From contig SBGQ01000174.1 of the NCBI GenBank assembly GCA_006226965.1, positions 27,919 through 91,918 on the forward strand: a stretch of DNA of 64,000 bases, read 5' to 3'. The position numbers and the translations under genes are program-made. Positions 42,882 to 52,422 of this stretch are shown in pieces. The notes beneath the pieces are model-generated. The model saw nothing but the letters and a program-made list of their open reading frames with translations. It was not told where the DNA came from and made no database searches. Numbering within the stretch: the stretch's first letter is position 1; every line of letters starts with the position of its first letter. This DNA is from a bacterium. GTDB lineage: Bacteria > Bacteroidota > Rhodothermia > Balneolales > M1805.

Positions 42882-44423
42882 ATGGCAACCTCTGTTAATT
42901 CTGCGCTTTTTGGATTAAGTGATACTTACGAATCTCTGATTGCAAATTTGATTACGCTTGAAAGTACTCGAAAATTTGCGATTGAAGATCAGGTAACAGA
43001 ACAACAGTCAAGAAAATCGGCAATTTCTTCCGTTGGCTCGAAGTTAACTTCATTTAACCGAACATTAGTTGACTTCGCATCACCGGCGAATAATTTGTTT
43101 GATTTGTATGCAGCCACTTCATCTAATGAAGCGGCTTTTACTGTTTCTAATACGTCCAAATTAACCACTTCCGGAAGCTTTAACGTAGAAGTTCAACAGA
43201 TTGCCAAAGCAGATGTTCGAGTTTCTGCCCAATTTAGTGCAGCTGGAACCGATATCGCCACAGCGGTAAATTCAGTTGGCGGAGATGACGAATTAGATTT
43301 TGACATCACCGTAAACGGTAACACGTATAATATCACTATTGGTGATATCACCGGGCTAACCAACGAAGATGTTTTACAAGCCGTTGTTGATGAAATTAAC
43401 AGCAATGCCAGCGACGATGTTCAGGCTACCATATTAAGAGAAACTAGCGGCACTGTACGTTTATCCATCCGTAGTAAAGAAAGCGGCCAAGATGCAGCGA
43501 TTTCATTCTCGAATACGATTGATGCGGACGGCCAGACCAACTTAGCTGAAGTTTTACAATTAACTGTTGATAATGGCGGTTTAACAGCTGATGATAACGG
43601 TTCTGTTCTGGCTCCGGCTTCGTTAAGCGGAGGTCGTTTATTTGCTCTTGGAACATTAGACGCACAATTCACCATAGACGGATTAAGCTTTGTAAGAAGT
43701 TCTAATGTTGTCTCTGATGCTATAACAGGTTTATCACTCACATTGAAGCAGACTACTTCTGCAACTGAAACCATTTCAATTGAATCAGATACCGCTTCTG
43801 CATTAGATAATATCAATACATTTATTAGTTCTTTTAATGGCGTAGTTTCTGAGATTCGCTCTCAAACCTATTTAAATGGAACATCCGGCGAAAGAGGTCC
43901 TCTTTACAAAGACCGTTCTTTCAGAGAGCTTAGTTACACGTTACGCCAAAATTTAATTTCAACGGCATTAGATACCAGTATTGTTGTTGGCGGAACTCCG
44001 TCCAACCCGATTATACCTGGCGGGGTTGAAATTCAAACCATATTAGATATTGGTTTAAATGTAAGACAAGACGGCTCTTTATACATTGAAGATCAATCAA
44101 AATTAGAAGAAGTTTTACGGGATAATCCGAACGCTGTTAAAACCCTATTTTCGAGCGATCGAACGGATGGGTATAGTGGAATCGCCGGAAAACTTCAGGA
44201 TAGCATCGATTTGTTTATCAAAGCAGACGGGTTAGTAACATCTTTAACAACCAGCATTGATGAACGGATTGCGCAGTTAAATAAACGAATTGAAGTTCAG
44301 GACGAATATTTAGCAAGACGTGAAACCCAACTTCGAAATCAGTTTATTCAATTGCAAGCATTAGCCGACGAAGCGACAAGTCAGTACCAAACTATTGCCA
44401 GTATTGGTTCTTATTACAGTTAG
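42882..44423 (+). CDS. fliD: Flagellar filament cap protein FliD (HAP2)
   Basis: 513 aa. N-terminal and C-terminal coiled-coil segments (..RRETQLRNQFIQLQALADEATSQYQTIASI). Flagellar context. Confidence 0.85.
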   Translation: MATSVNSALFGLSDTYESLIANLITLESTRKFAIEDQVTEQQSRKSAISSVGSKLTSFNRTLVDFASPANNLFDLYAATSSNEAAFTVSNTSKLTTSGSFNVEVQQIAKADVRVSAQFSAAGTDIATAVNSVGGDDELDFDITVNGNTYNITIGDITGLTNEDVLQAVVDEINSNASDDVQATILRETSGTVRLSIRSKESGQDAAISFSNTIDADGQTNLAEVLQLTVDNGGLTADDNGSVLAPASLSGGRLFALGTLDAQFTIDGLSFVRSSNVVSDAITGLSLTLKQTTSATETISIESDTASALDNINTFISSFNGVVSEIRSQTYLNGTSGERGPLYKDRSFRELSYTLRQNLISTALDTSIVVGGTPSNPIIPGGVEIQTILDIGLNVRQDGSLYIEDQSKLEEVLRDNPNAVKTLFSSDRTDGYSGIAGKLQDSIDLFIKADGLVTSLTTSIDERIAQLNKRIEVQDEYLARRETQLRNQFIQLQALADEATSQYQTIASIGSYYS

Positions 44424-44446
44424 TCTTAAACACAGACAGATAGATT

Positions 44447-44845
44447 ATGAACTCACAGTCCATTTCAAACACCAATTCAGCAGCTACACTAGATACAAGT
44501 GCAAAAATCAAGCAGGTTGATTTAGCAAAAGATCAATCAGTAAAAGTTGCTGTACCTGATTTAACTGTACTTCGAGATAAACAAGTTCAATCCGGAATTA
44601 CTTTAGAAGATGCCGAATCTCTAAAAAAGGCTGAAGTTGCCATAAACGAAGCTCTGTTAAGCAGATTAAATCAAAAACTATCGTTCTCTGTTGATGAAAA
44701 CACGGGCAGAACGGTGATTAAGATTTTAGATAAACAGACGGAAGAAGTTGTGAAACAGTTTCCTCCCCAAGAATTTTTGGATATGGTTTACAGCTTAAAT
44801 AAAGCTGCCTCAGTAATCCTAAAAGATTTGCCAAAGTATATTTAA
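44447..44845 (+). CDS. flaG: FlaG family flagellar protein
   Basis: The C-terminal LSFSVDENTGRTVIKILDKQTEEVVKQFPPQEFLDM matches the FlaG signature. Confidence 0.75.
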   Translation: MNSQSISNTNSAATLDTSAKIKQVDLAKDQSVKVAVPDLTVLRDKQVQSGITLEDAESLKKAEVAINEALLSRLNQKLSFSVDENTGRTVIKILDKQTEEVVKQFPPQEFLDMVYSLNKAASVILKDLPKYI

Positions 44846-44851
44846 CAGATT

Positions 44852-45235
44852 ATGGCGCTCGAATCCATTGAATATCAGTTATTTAACAAAGCTATCGAGC
44901 TTACGCAACAAATGATTCATTCATTGGAAATGGAGCAGGAAAGCTATCAAGATGTAACTCGTTTACTCTTAGAGCGCGGAAGTATTTATAAAGAATTAGA
45001 TAATTACATTAAAACTTTAGACCGCACTAAAATATCCGATAAAGATATTATCAAACAAAGGTATGATGAACTGATGCAATTAGATCACGATTTTCGTTCT
45101 TTGTTGAAAGTTCAGTCAGATCGGTTAAGAGCTAAAACATCGATTGCCAAAAAGGATCAAATGGCACATCGATCTTACTCAAAACCGAAATCACCAAAAG
45201 AATCAATGTTTTTTTCCTCAAAACTTGAGGGGTAA
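44852..45235 (+). CDS. Hypothetical helical protein in the flagellar late-gene cluster (possibly a FliT-like chaperone)
   Basis: 127 aa, predicted helical, located between flaG and flgM. No motif recognised; the call rests on position only. Confidence 0.35.
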   Translation: MALESIEYQLFNKAIELTQQMIHSLEMEQESYQDVTRLLLERGSIYKELDNYIKTLDRTKISDKDIIKQRYDELMQLDHDFRSLLKVQSDRLRAKTSIAKKDQMAHRSYSKPKSPKESMFFSSKLEG

Positions 45236-45237
45236 TT

Positions 45238-45687
45238 ATGGATATTAAATCATTACTAAATAATCAACTTATTGACCGCAAGCGAAGCGAAAGAGTTGCT
45301 ACAGGTAAAACTGATGCTGAAAAAGCTTCGAATGGCGCTCAAGAATATCCCGGCGTAAAAGATGAAGTATCTATCAGTCAGGATGCGGTAAGTGATTTAA
45401 ATTTTGCTAAAAACATCTACAAAAAATTAGATGAATCTTCTTTAGATAGAATCAGAACTATTCGCGGTAAAGTAGAAAGCGGTGATTATACCAACGAATC
45501 TGCTATTAAAAATCTGGCTGCTTCTGTTGAAAAAGACATTTATCAACTGGAAAGCGACTCCTATATTTCTGAGCCATTTCATCAATATCCTGTTGATATC
45601 AACAAACTAAAGCAACAATTAGTCGAAAATCAGGACATTTACACCGAAGTTGCTGACCGATTGTCAAAAATCCTTTCAAATTTCTAG
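45238..45687 (+). CDS. flgM: Anti-sigma-28 factor FlgM-like
   Basis: The C-terminal RIRTIRGKVESGDYTNESAIKNLAASV resembles the FlgM sigma28-binding helix region (kV..ik.aI..G.Y.vd). Flagellar context. Confidence 0.6.
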   Translation: MDIKSLLNNQLIDRKRSERVATGKTDAEKASNGAQEYPGVKDEVSISQDAVSDLNFAKNIYKKLDESSLDRIRTIRGKVESGDYTNESAIKNLAASVEKDIYQLESDSYISEPFHQYPVDINKLKQQLVENQDIYTEVADRLSKILSNF

Positions 45688-45755
45688 TAATTCAGTAGAA
45701 ATATACCTTTCTAACAGCTACATTAAACCCGTTAACTTTTAAAGGGTTTTGCATT

Positions 45756-47192
45756 TTGAAAGGATCTATTTTACTTATCGAGGACGATGCATCTTTGCTT
45801 CAGTATTTGGAGATGCATTTAACATCAAACGGGTTTACCGTTCACGCCTATAATTCTCCAGTAAGCGCTCTGGAATCACTCGCTAAATCTTCTGTTGATC
45901 TTGTTTTAACAGATGTTAAAATGCCGGAAATGACTGGCGATGAAGTTTTATCTCACTTGAAAACGCACCATCCGGAAATCGGCTTAATCATGATGACCGG
46001 ATTCGGAAGTATTGAACATGGTGTGAACGCCATCCAAAAAGGCGCCTTTGATTACATTACTAAACCTTTTCAGGGACCGGAAATACTGGCTCGAATCAAT
46101 CGTTTTTTTAAATTAAAAACTCAGGGCACCATTGCTTTTACTACAAATCATGGGTTTGAAGCACCTAAACGTGTTGAATCGTCAACAAAAGAAACCAAAT
46201 CAGATTCACCTTCTGATGTAGTTACAGAAACGATTGATTTTAAACTAATCGGTTCGCATCCTAGAATTAAAGCATTGATAGATGCCTTGCCACAAATTGC
46301 TCAAAACAACGCTCCTGTGTTAATTCAGGGCGAAAGTGGCGTCGGAAAAGAAGTGTTTGCCGGACTAATACATTACAACAGCGACCGCGTTGGAAAACCG
46401 TACGTAAAAATAAATTGTGCAAATTTACCAACCGAATTAGTGGAGAGCACCTTATTCGGGCACATTAAAGGTTCTTTTACAGGCGCTTTAGCTGATGCCA
46501 AAGGTGCTTTTGATGAAGCTGATGGCGGGACTCTGCTTCTCGATGAAATCACTGAAATTCAACTAAACGTACAAGCAAAATTACTACGAGTACTTCAAGA
46601 AAAAGAATTTCGTCCGGTTGGTAGCCAACATGCCAAAAAAGTAGATGTCCGAATCATCGCTACATCAAACAGAAATATCTCAAAAACTATTCAAGAAGGA
46701 CAATTTCGCGAAGATTTATTCTATCGTTTAAATGTGTTTCCAATCGTTATCCCTTCTCTGAGAGAGCGTAAAGACGATATCCCCGATTTGGTGAATTACT
46801 TTATTTCGAAGTACGCATCTGAATATGGAATGGCGGAAAAATCAGCGGCTCCGGAGCTATTATCTTATTTAGTTCAGCAATCCTGGAAAGGGAATGTTCG
46901 TGAATTAAATAATTTAATTCAGCGTGGAGTTCTGATGTCTGGAAGCTCAAAAAACATTACTTTAGCACATATTCAGAATAGCTTATTTTCTACCTTAGAA
47001 AGTTCTGCTGAAAATAAAGAATCACAAGAATTACCATTAATTCCAATCGAAGAAATGGAACTTCAATTGATAAAAAAAGCATTAGAACGAACTGGCGGTA
47101 ACCAGAAAGAAGCTGCAGAATTATTAGGTATTTCAGACCGAACAATCAGAAATAAATTAAAGAAATTACGATTAGACGATCAGGAAGATTAA
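45756..47192 (+). CDS. Sigma54-dependent response regulator (NtrC/FleR/FlrC-like): REC + AAA+ + Fis-type HTH
   Basis: TTG start. Receiver motifs LLIEDD...LVLTDVKMPEMTG. Walker A GESGVGKE. GSFTGA, a variant of GAFTGA. Walker B LLLDEI. C-terminal HTH QKEAAELLGISDRTIRNKLKK. Confidence 0.9.
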   Translation: MKGSILLIEDDASLLQYLEMHLTSNGFTVHAYNSPVSALESLAKSSVDLVLTDVKMPEMTGDEVLSHLKTHHPEIGLIMMTGFGSIEHGVNAIQKGAFDYITKPFQGPEILARINRFFKLKTQGTIAFTTNHGFEAPKRVESSTKETKSDSPSDVVTETIDFKLIGSHPRIKALIDALPQIAQNNAPVLIQGESGVGKEVFAGLIHYNSDRVGKPYVKINCANLPTELVESTLFGHIKGSFTGALADAKGAFDEADGGTLLLDEITEIQLNVQAKLLRVLQEKEFRPVGSQHAKKVDVRIIATSNRNISKTIQEGQFREDLFYRLNVFPIVIPSLRERKDDIPDLVNYFISKYASEYGMAEKSAAPELLSYLVQQSWKGNVRELNNLIQRGVLMSGSSKNITLAHIQNSLFSTLESSAENKESQELPLIPIEEMELQLIKKALERTGGNQKEAAELLGISDRTIRNKLKKLRLDDQED

Positions 47193-47195
47193 ACC

Positions 47196-49496
47196 ATGCA
47201 AACTATCAGCAAAAATGCTTCTGATATCATTAACTCTTTAGCGAGTAGAATCGTTTTGCTTGAAGCAGACGATATTCAAGCTTTAGGGGATATTCTTAAG
47301 TTATTAGACGAACTTCATGCAGATGCTATTAAAGATTATGTGCTTCAAGTTCGCGGAATAGTTGAACGATTAATTCTTGACGAATACGAATCAGCCAGTG
47401 TTGGAATGTCTGAACTAAATGCTGCCATAGAACAGTTACAACTGGCATTTAGTGAAACGGAGCTCATAAGCGACAATGAATTCAAGAAAAAGCAAGACGA
47501 GCTTACCGACGATGCCACACAAGCTGATGAAACAGATTTACACACGATTGAGTTGGATGATGAGCCGGTTGTTAACATAACTAAATCTGAACCGGAACCA
47601 CCTGCAAAACCTAAAGCTAAAGTAGAACCTAAGGTTGAAAAAAAACCTGAACCCTCACTGAAAAAAGAACTTTCTATTCCTAAATCTGAAGTAGTTGTTG
47701 ATCACACCCATTTTAAGAACCGTGATGATTTAGGCCTTATCAATCAAACTCTAAAAGACGATCCGGAACTCCTCCAAGGGTTTATTGATGAAACTGCAGA
47801 GCACATTCAGTTAATCGAAAACGGGTTAATTGACTGGGAATCATCCCCAAAAGATTTAACCATCATCGATTCTATTTTTAGACCGTTTCATACTATTAAA
47901 GGTGTTGCAGGCTTCTTAAACCTTACGGATATCAATAATTTTTCGCACATGTATGAAGATGTGCTAGATGATGTTCGAAAAGGGAAACTACATTATTCCG
48001 ACTCTTTAGCTGATGCTATTTTCAAAGGAGTGGATGCCCTAAAACAAATGATTAGCGCCCTAATTAGTGCAACAAAGACCGGAAAATACAATGGTCATAC
48101 TGTCGATTTGCACAAGTTTGAAATTATCGTACATCATGCAAAATCCGGTGGTCTGCTTCAAGTTGATGAAGAACCTGAGGTTAAAACTCCTGTTTTAGCA
48201 AATACTCCCGCAAAACCAAGCCAGGAAAAACCGGCGAAAGCACCGACACCGACGCCTTCATCTGCTCAAGATGATTCCGAAAAGGTTATTGGTACAAGAG
48301 CTATGGCTAGTACTAAAGATTCAACGTTGCGTGTAAGCACGTTAAAAATGGATTCTTTAATTGATTTAGTCGGCGAGCTTGTTGTAACCCAAAACATGGT
48401 GGTTCAAAATAATGTTGTTAAAAACAGCAGCGATAAACGTTTATTACAAGATGTAGGTCAACTAAAACGCATTACAAGTAATCTACAAGATTTATCAATG
48501 TCACTAAGAATGATTCCTATTAAGGATACATTCCAAAAAATGCACCGTATTGTGCGCGATTTGGCCAGAAAATCAGGCAAAAAAATCGTTCTTGAAGTGT
48601 ATGGCGAAGAAACCGAAATTGACCGGAACATGGTTGATGAATTATATGATCCGCTCGTACATATGATTCGAAATAATTGTGACCATGGAATTGAAGGCCC
48701 CGATATTCGTAAAGCGCGCGGCAAAAGAGAAACCGGAACAATTACATTAAACGCTTACTACAAAGGCGGAATGGTTGTTATCGAAGTTACTGATGACGGT
48801 AATGGTATTGATGTAAACTACGTTCGTAAACGTGCAATAGCAAAAGGCTTGTGTAAAGAGTCTGACAAACTGAGTGAGCAGGAAGTCCTCAATTTTATTT
48901 TTGCTTCAGGTTTTTCTACAAGCGAAACTATTACCGACGTTTCAGGCAGAGGTGTTGGAATGGACGTAGTAAAAAGAGCGATTACCAATTTACGCGGCAA
49001 CATTGAAATCCAAACCAAGGTAGGCAAAGGCACCACATTTACACTTAGACTACCCCTTACGCTTGCCATTATCGATGGAGTTATTGTTGAAATCGGCTCG
49101 GAAAAATACATTATCCCAACGGTAAGTATTAAAGAATCTCTTGTCATCAAAAAAGACCAATTGAATAAAATAGCAGGTAAAGGCGAAACCGTTTTTATTC
49201 GTGATAAAGTATTACCTTTAATCCGTGTAGGTAAACATTTCGGCATATCTGATGCTGTGCAAAACCCATCAGATGGATTAATCATTATCGTTGAAAGCGA
49301 TAAACAGGAAGCCGCTTTATTAGTTGATAAAATGATTGACAAACAAGAAATCGTTATTAAATCCTTAGGTGAAAGTTTAAGTAAACTAGAAGGCCTTGCA
49401 GGCGGTGCAATTTTATCAGACGGAACGGTCGGTTTAATTGTTGACGTTCCTACACTTTTACCTAAATCCGGACGCTCATTTAAAGATTATAATTAA
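47196..49496 (+). CDS. cheA: Chemotaxis histidine kinase CheA
   Basis: Hpt motif FRPFHTIKGVAGFL. Pro/Lys-rich linkers. HATPase motifs (DHGIE, DDGNGID, GRGVGMD). C-terminal CheW-like domain. Confidence 0.92.
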   Translation: MQTISKNASDIINSLASRIVLLEADDIQALGDILKLLDELHADAIKDYVLQVRGIVERLILDEYESASVGMSELNAAIEQLQLAFSETELISDNEFKKKQDELTDDATQADETDLHTIELDDEPVVNITKSEPEPPAKPKAKVEPKVEKKPEPSLKKELSIPKSEVVVDHTHFKNRDDLGLINQTLKDDPELLQGFIDETAEHIQLIENGLIDWESSPKDLTIIDSIFRPFHTIKGVAGFLNLTDINNFSHMYEDVLDDVRKGKLHYSDSLADAIFKGVDALKQMISALISATKTGKYNGHTVDLHKFEIIVHHAKSGGLLQVDEEPEVKTPVLANTPAKPSQEKPAKAPTPTPSSAQDDSEKVIGTRAMASTKDSTLRVSTLKMDSLIDLVGELVVTQNMVVQNNVVKNSSDKRLLQDVGQLKRITSNLQDLSMSLRMIPIKDTFQKMHRIVRDLARKSGKKIVLEVYGEETEIDRNMVDELYDPLVHMIRNNCDHGIEGPDIRKARGKRETGTITLNAYYKGGMVVIEVTDDGNGIDVNYVRKRAIAKGLCKESDKLSEQEVLNFIFASGFSTSETITDVSGRGVGMDVVKRAITNLRGNIEIQTKVGKGTTFTLRLPLTLAIIDGVIVEIGSEKYIIPTVSIKESLVIKKDQLNKIAGKGETVFIRDKVLPLIRVGKHFGISDAVQNPSDGLIIIVESDKQEAALLVDKMIDKQEIVIKSLGESLSKLEGLAGGAILSDGTVGLIVDVPTLLPKSGRSFKDYN

Positions 49497-49510
49497 CCCT
49501 AGGAGAACGT

Positions 49511-50164
49511 ATGGCAAAAAAAGAAAAAGACTTAAGTGATGAAATGAAAGCTTTGTTAGCCGAAATTGAAAACGATCCAAATCTTTCAACTAACAATAAA
49601 ATCTCTGAAGAAGAAGCTCTGATTTTGCAATCTGAAGTGATGAAAGAACAACGTATCGAATCTATTAAACAAACTGAAGTTTCTGAAATTAAAGCCGTAC
49701 GAGCAAAAGCCGGTAAGTATATTACATTCACTCTCGCTGGTGAAGATTATGGCTTATTTATTTTAAGCGTTAAAGAAATTATCGGAATGATGTCCATCAC
49801 CCGAGTGCCTAGAACTCCTGATTTTGTAAGAGGCGTTATTAACTTACGCGGTAAAGTTCACCCTGTTATTGACTTAAGAAAACGTTTTGGATTAGACCAA
49901 CGAGATGATGACGCAAGAACACCAATTATTATCGTAGAAATTAGTCATAGAGGCGGAAGTCAATATCTTGGCATAGTAGTAGATTCTGTTTCTGAGGTTG
50001 TGAATCTGGAAGATTCTATGATTGAAGACACTCCTGCTTTTGGTGTTGATTTAGACACCGATTTTATTTTGGGAATTGCAAAGGTTAGCAACAAAGTAGT
50101 TACACTGTTAGATATCGATAAGATCTTAACAAGTAAGCAACTTGTAATGCTCCAAAATCAGTAA
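49511..50164 (+). CDS. cheW: CheW coupling protein with a charged N-terminal extension of about 70 aa
   Basis: CheW-like core YITFTLAGEDYGLFILSVKEIIGM...VINLRGKVHPVIDLRKRFG. Confidence 0.85.
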   Translation: MAKKEKDLSDEMKALLAEIENDPNLSTNNKISEEEALILQSEVMKEQRIESIKQTEVSEIKAVRAKAGKYITFTLAGEDYGLFILSVKEIIGMMSITRVPRTPDFVRGVINLRGKVHPVIDLRKRFGLDQRDDDARTPIIIVEISHRGGSQYLGIVVDSVSEVVNLEDSMIEDTPAFGVDLDTDFILGIAKVSNKVVTLLDIDKILTSKQLVMLQNQ

Positions 50165-50175
50165 TAATTGATTGA

Positions 50176-51030
50176 ATGGCTCAGGTTAGCATCAATGATT
50201 TTCAACATTATGAAATAGGGGAAAAAGATTTTCACTATTTACAACAGCTTGTATATCGGGAAGCCGGTATAAACCTGACAGATGCTAAAAAATGCTTGGT
50301 GCAAACTCGCATAGGTAAATTAATGCGTCGCCATCAAATTGATGGATATAAGTCTTTATTTACCCTACTCGACTCAGACCATAGCGGTAAAACATTGGAA
50401 ATGGTTTTAGACGCTATCTCTACCAATCATACCTTTTTCTTTAGAGAAGATTCTCATTTTACTTACCTGAGCCAAACCATAGTTCCGGATTTAGTTCGTA
50501 ATCATCAGAAAAGAAATATTCGTATATGGAGTGCTGCATCTTCTAGCGGCGAAGAACCTTACTCCATCGCGATAACCATGATGGAAGCTCTGAAAACATA
50601 CCCCGGCGTAAGTTTTTCACTTTATGCCAGCGATATTTCAGTTACTGTTTTGGATAAAGCGAAAAAGGGGATTTATCCTTTAGAAGAAATTCAGTATATG
50701 CCGGATACCTTGCAAAAAAAGTATTTCCAAAAAGGGAAAGACCAATTTGCACATTTAGTAAAAATTAAAAATTCAGTAAAAGAACTCGTAACATTTGCCA
50801 GACACAATTTGTTAGAGCCTTTACAATCACAAGAGGATTTTGATATCGTTTTTTGCAGGAATGTGATGATTTATTTCGACAACCCAACCAAAGAACGTAT
50901 CGTCGCATTAATTTCATCAAAAATGAAAAAAAATGCGTATTTCATAAATGGACATTCAGAAAGTTTAGGGGCGATTAAACACCCTTTTAAAATGGTACAA
51001 CCTACCATTTATATAAATTCAAATGGGTAA
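50176..51030 (+). CDS. cheR: Chemotaxis protein methyltransferase CheR
   Basis: TNHTFFFRE motif, the SAM-binding IWSAASSSGEEPYSIA, and FCRNVMIYFD. Confidence 0.9.
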   Translation: MAQVSINDFQHYEIGEKDFHYLQQLVYREAGINLTDAKKCLVQTRIGKLMRRHQIDGYKSLFTLLDSDHSGKTLEMVLDAISTNHTFFFREDSHFTYLSQTIVPDLVRNHQKRNIRIWSAASSSGEEPYSIAITMMEALKTYPGVSFSLYASDISVTVLDKAKKGIYPLEEIQYMPDTLQKKYFQKGKDQFAHLVKIKNSVKELVTFARHNLLEPLQSQEDFDIVFCRNVMIYFDNPTKERIVALISSKMKKNAYFINGHSESLGAIKHPFKMVQPTIYINSNG

Positions 51031-51033
51031 TAG

Positions 51034-51564
51034 ATGAGTAATGTAAGTGTTGATAAAAACACCAAAATCACGATTGGGATATCAGATATGGCCATAAGTA
51101 ATAATGTATCTGATACATTAATTACATATTCGCTTGGTTCGTGTATAGCTGTTTTAATTTACGACCCAACCGTTCGGGTTGCCGGTATGATTCACGTAAT
51201 GCTTCCGGATTCAAGTATTGAAAAAATGGCAAAACAGTCCCTTTCATTTAATCCGTATAAATATATGGATACCGGTGTGCCACTGTTAATTAAAAAGTGC
51301 CTCGCTTTAGGTGCAAAAAAGGCCACGATGAGTATTAGTGTTTTTGGAGGCGCACAGGTTTTTGACAGGGAAGACTATTTTAATATCGGGAAACGTAACT
51401 ATGTAGCACTAAGGAAAGTGCTATGGCAAGAAGGCTTGTTAATTCGTAACGAGCATGTTGGAGGAAGAGTACATCGAACCGTTCGAATCGATGTAAACAG
51501 CGGCAATATTTTGCTAGATGTAAATAAAGAAGAAATAATCACCTACTCAAGCTTAATCAGATAA
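51034..51564 (+). CDS. cheD: Chemoreceptor glutamine deamidase CheD
   Basis: LGSCIAVLIYDP...AGMIHVMLP matches the CheD catalytic Cys/His context. Confidence 0.85.
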   Translation: MSNVSVDKNTKITIGISDMAISNNVSDTLITYSLGSCIAVLIYDPTVRVAGMIHVMLPDSSIEKMAKQSLSFNPYKYMDTGVPLLIKKCLALGAKKATMSISVFGGAQVFDREDYFNIGKRNYVALRKVLWQEGLLIRNEHVGGRVHRTVRIDVNSGNILLDVNKEEIITYSSLIR

Positions 51565-51575
51565 TCGGAAAAACC

Positions 51576-51962
51576 ATGGCATTCAATTTTTTAATCGTAG
51601 ATGACTCCCCAATAATGCGTAAAGTAATTATCAAAACTGTACGTATGTCTGGCGTTGATGTAGGTGAGATTTTTGAAGCAAATAACGGCGCGGAAGGACT
51701 TATAGAAGCTCGAGACAATTGGATTGACCTCATTCTTACTGATATCAATATGCCCATCATGGATGGGATAACGTTTATTGAACATCTTAAAAGCGATGAT
51801 GTTCTAAGCTCAATTCCAATTATTGTTATCTCAACCGAAGGCAGAGATGACGTTGTACAACGCGCATTGGATATTGGAGCTGCAGATTATATTACTAAAC
51901 CATTTAGGCCTGAGGAAATCGGTGCCGATGTACTTAAAATCTTGGGGTACACAGATGCGTAA
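51576..51962 (+). CDS. cheY: CheY-like single-domain response regulator
   Basis: LIVDDSPIMR...LILTDINMPIMDG...VISTEG...YITKPF. Confidence 0.85.
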   Translation: MAFNFLIVDDSPIMRKVIIKTVRMSGVDVGEIFEANNGAEGLIEARDNWIDLILTDINMPIMDGITFIEHLKSDDVLSSIPIIVISTEGRDDVVQRALDIGAADYITKPFRPEEIGADVLKILGYTDA

Positions 51963-52419
51963 TTTGAATAACAAAGAACTAATTATTCAGGTTATTGATG
52001 AAATCATGACAGATATGTTTTTCATTTTTCCTGATTTAGACGACGATGGTAATCAGGTAACAACCGGTGAGCCATCTTTACAATCAACACATGTTGGTAT
52101 TCATTTCAACACTGATTTTTATTTGCATTTCCAAATTGATAATCAACTTCTTGCTGAAATGGCGGCAAACTTTATGGGCATCTCTCCCGATGAGTTAACC
52201 ACCGAGCATATCGAATCGATGGCTTGTGAAACAGCCAATATTATTGGCGGAAATTATTTGGTTCGGGCCGACCCCGGTGCAACGTATAAATTATCCATTC
52301 CGGAAGTATTACTAGCAGATTCCATATTGGAGTCTGACAAAATTGATGAACATTGGACTATCTCATTTGTAGCTAATGGACAAGTGATGGCCATTTCACC
52401 CTATAAACGAAAAGCATAA
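51955..52419 (+). CDS. cheX: CheX/CheC-family CheY-P phosphatase (CheX-like)
   Basis: The internal ATG at 51955 (ATGCGTAA overlap with the cheY stop) is preferred over the 198-aa track ORF. The motif S-x3-E-x2-N-x20-P (SMACETAN...P) is close to the CheC/CheX signature [DS]x3Ex2Nx22P. Confidence 0.6.
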   Translation: MRNLNNKELIIQVIDEIMTDMFFIFPDLDDDGNQVTTGEPSLQSTHVGIHFNTDFYLHFQIDNQLLAEMAANFMGISPDELTTEHIESMACETANIIGGNYLVRADPGATYKLSIPEVLLADSILESDKIDEHWTISFVANGQVMAISPYKRKA

Positions 52420-52422
52420 TTC

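Noticed and set aside
48818-49342. 174-aa minus-strand ORF inside cheA, and similar antisense ORFs at 47345-47578, 48458-48741, 43193-43816 and 35960-36337
   Set aside because: All are embedded antisense in genes with strong family signatures (cheA, fliD, the 1269-aa enzyme). No independent start signals or motifs are present.
51823-51954. Long form (198 aa) of the cheX-like ORF overlapping cheY by 140 nt
   Set aside because: The upstream part lies out of frame inside the well-supported cheY-like gene. The ATG at 51955 gives a typical 8-nt operon overlap and a CheX-sized 154-aa product.
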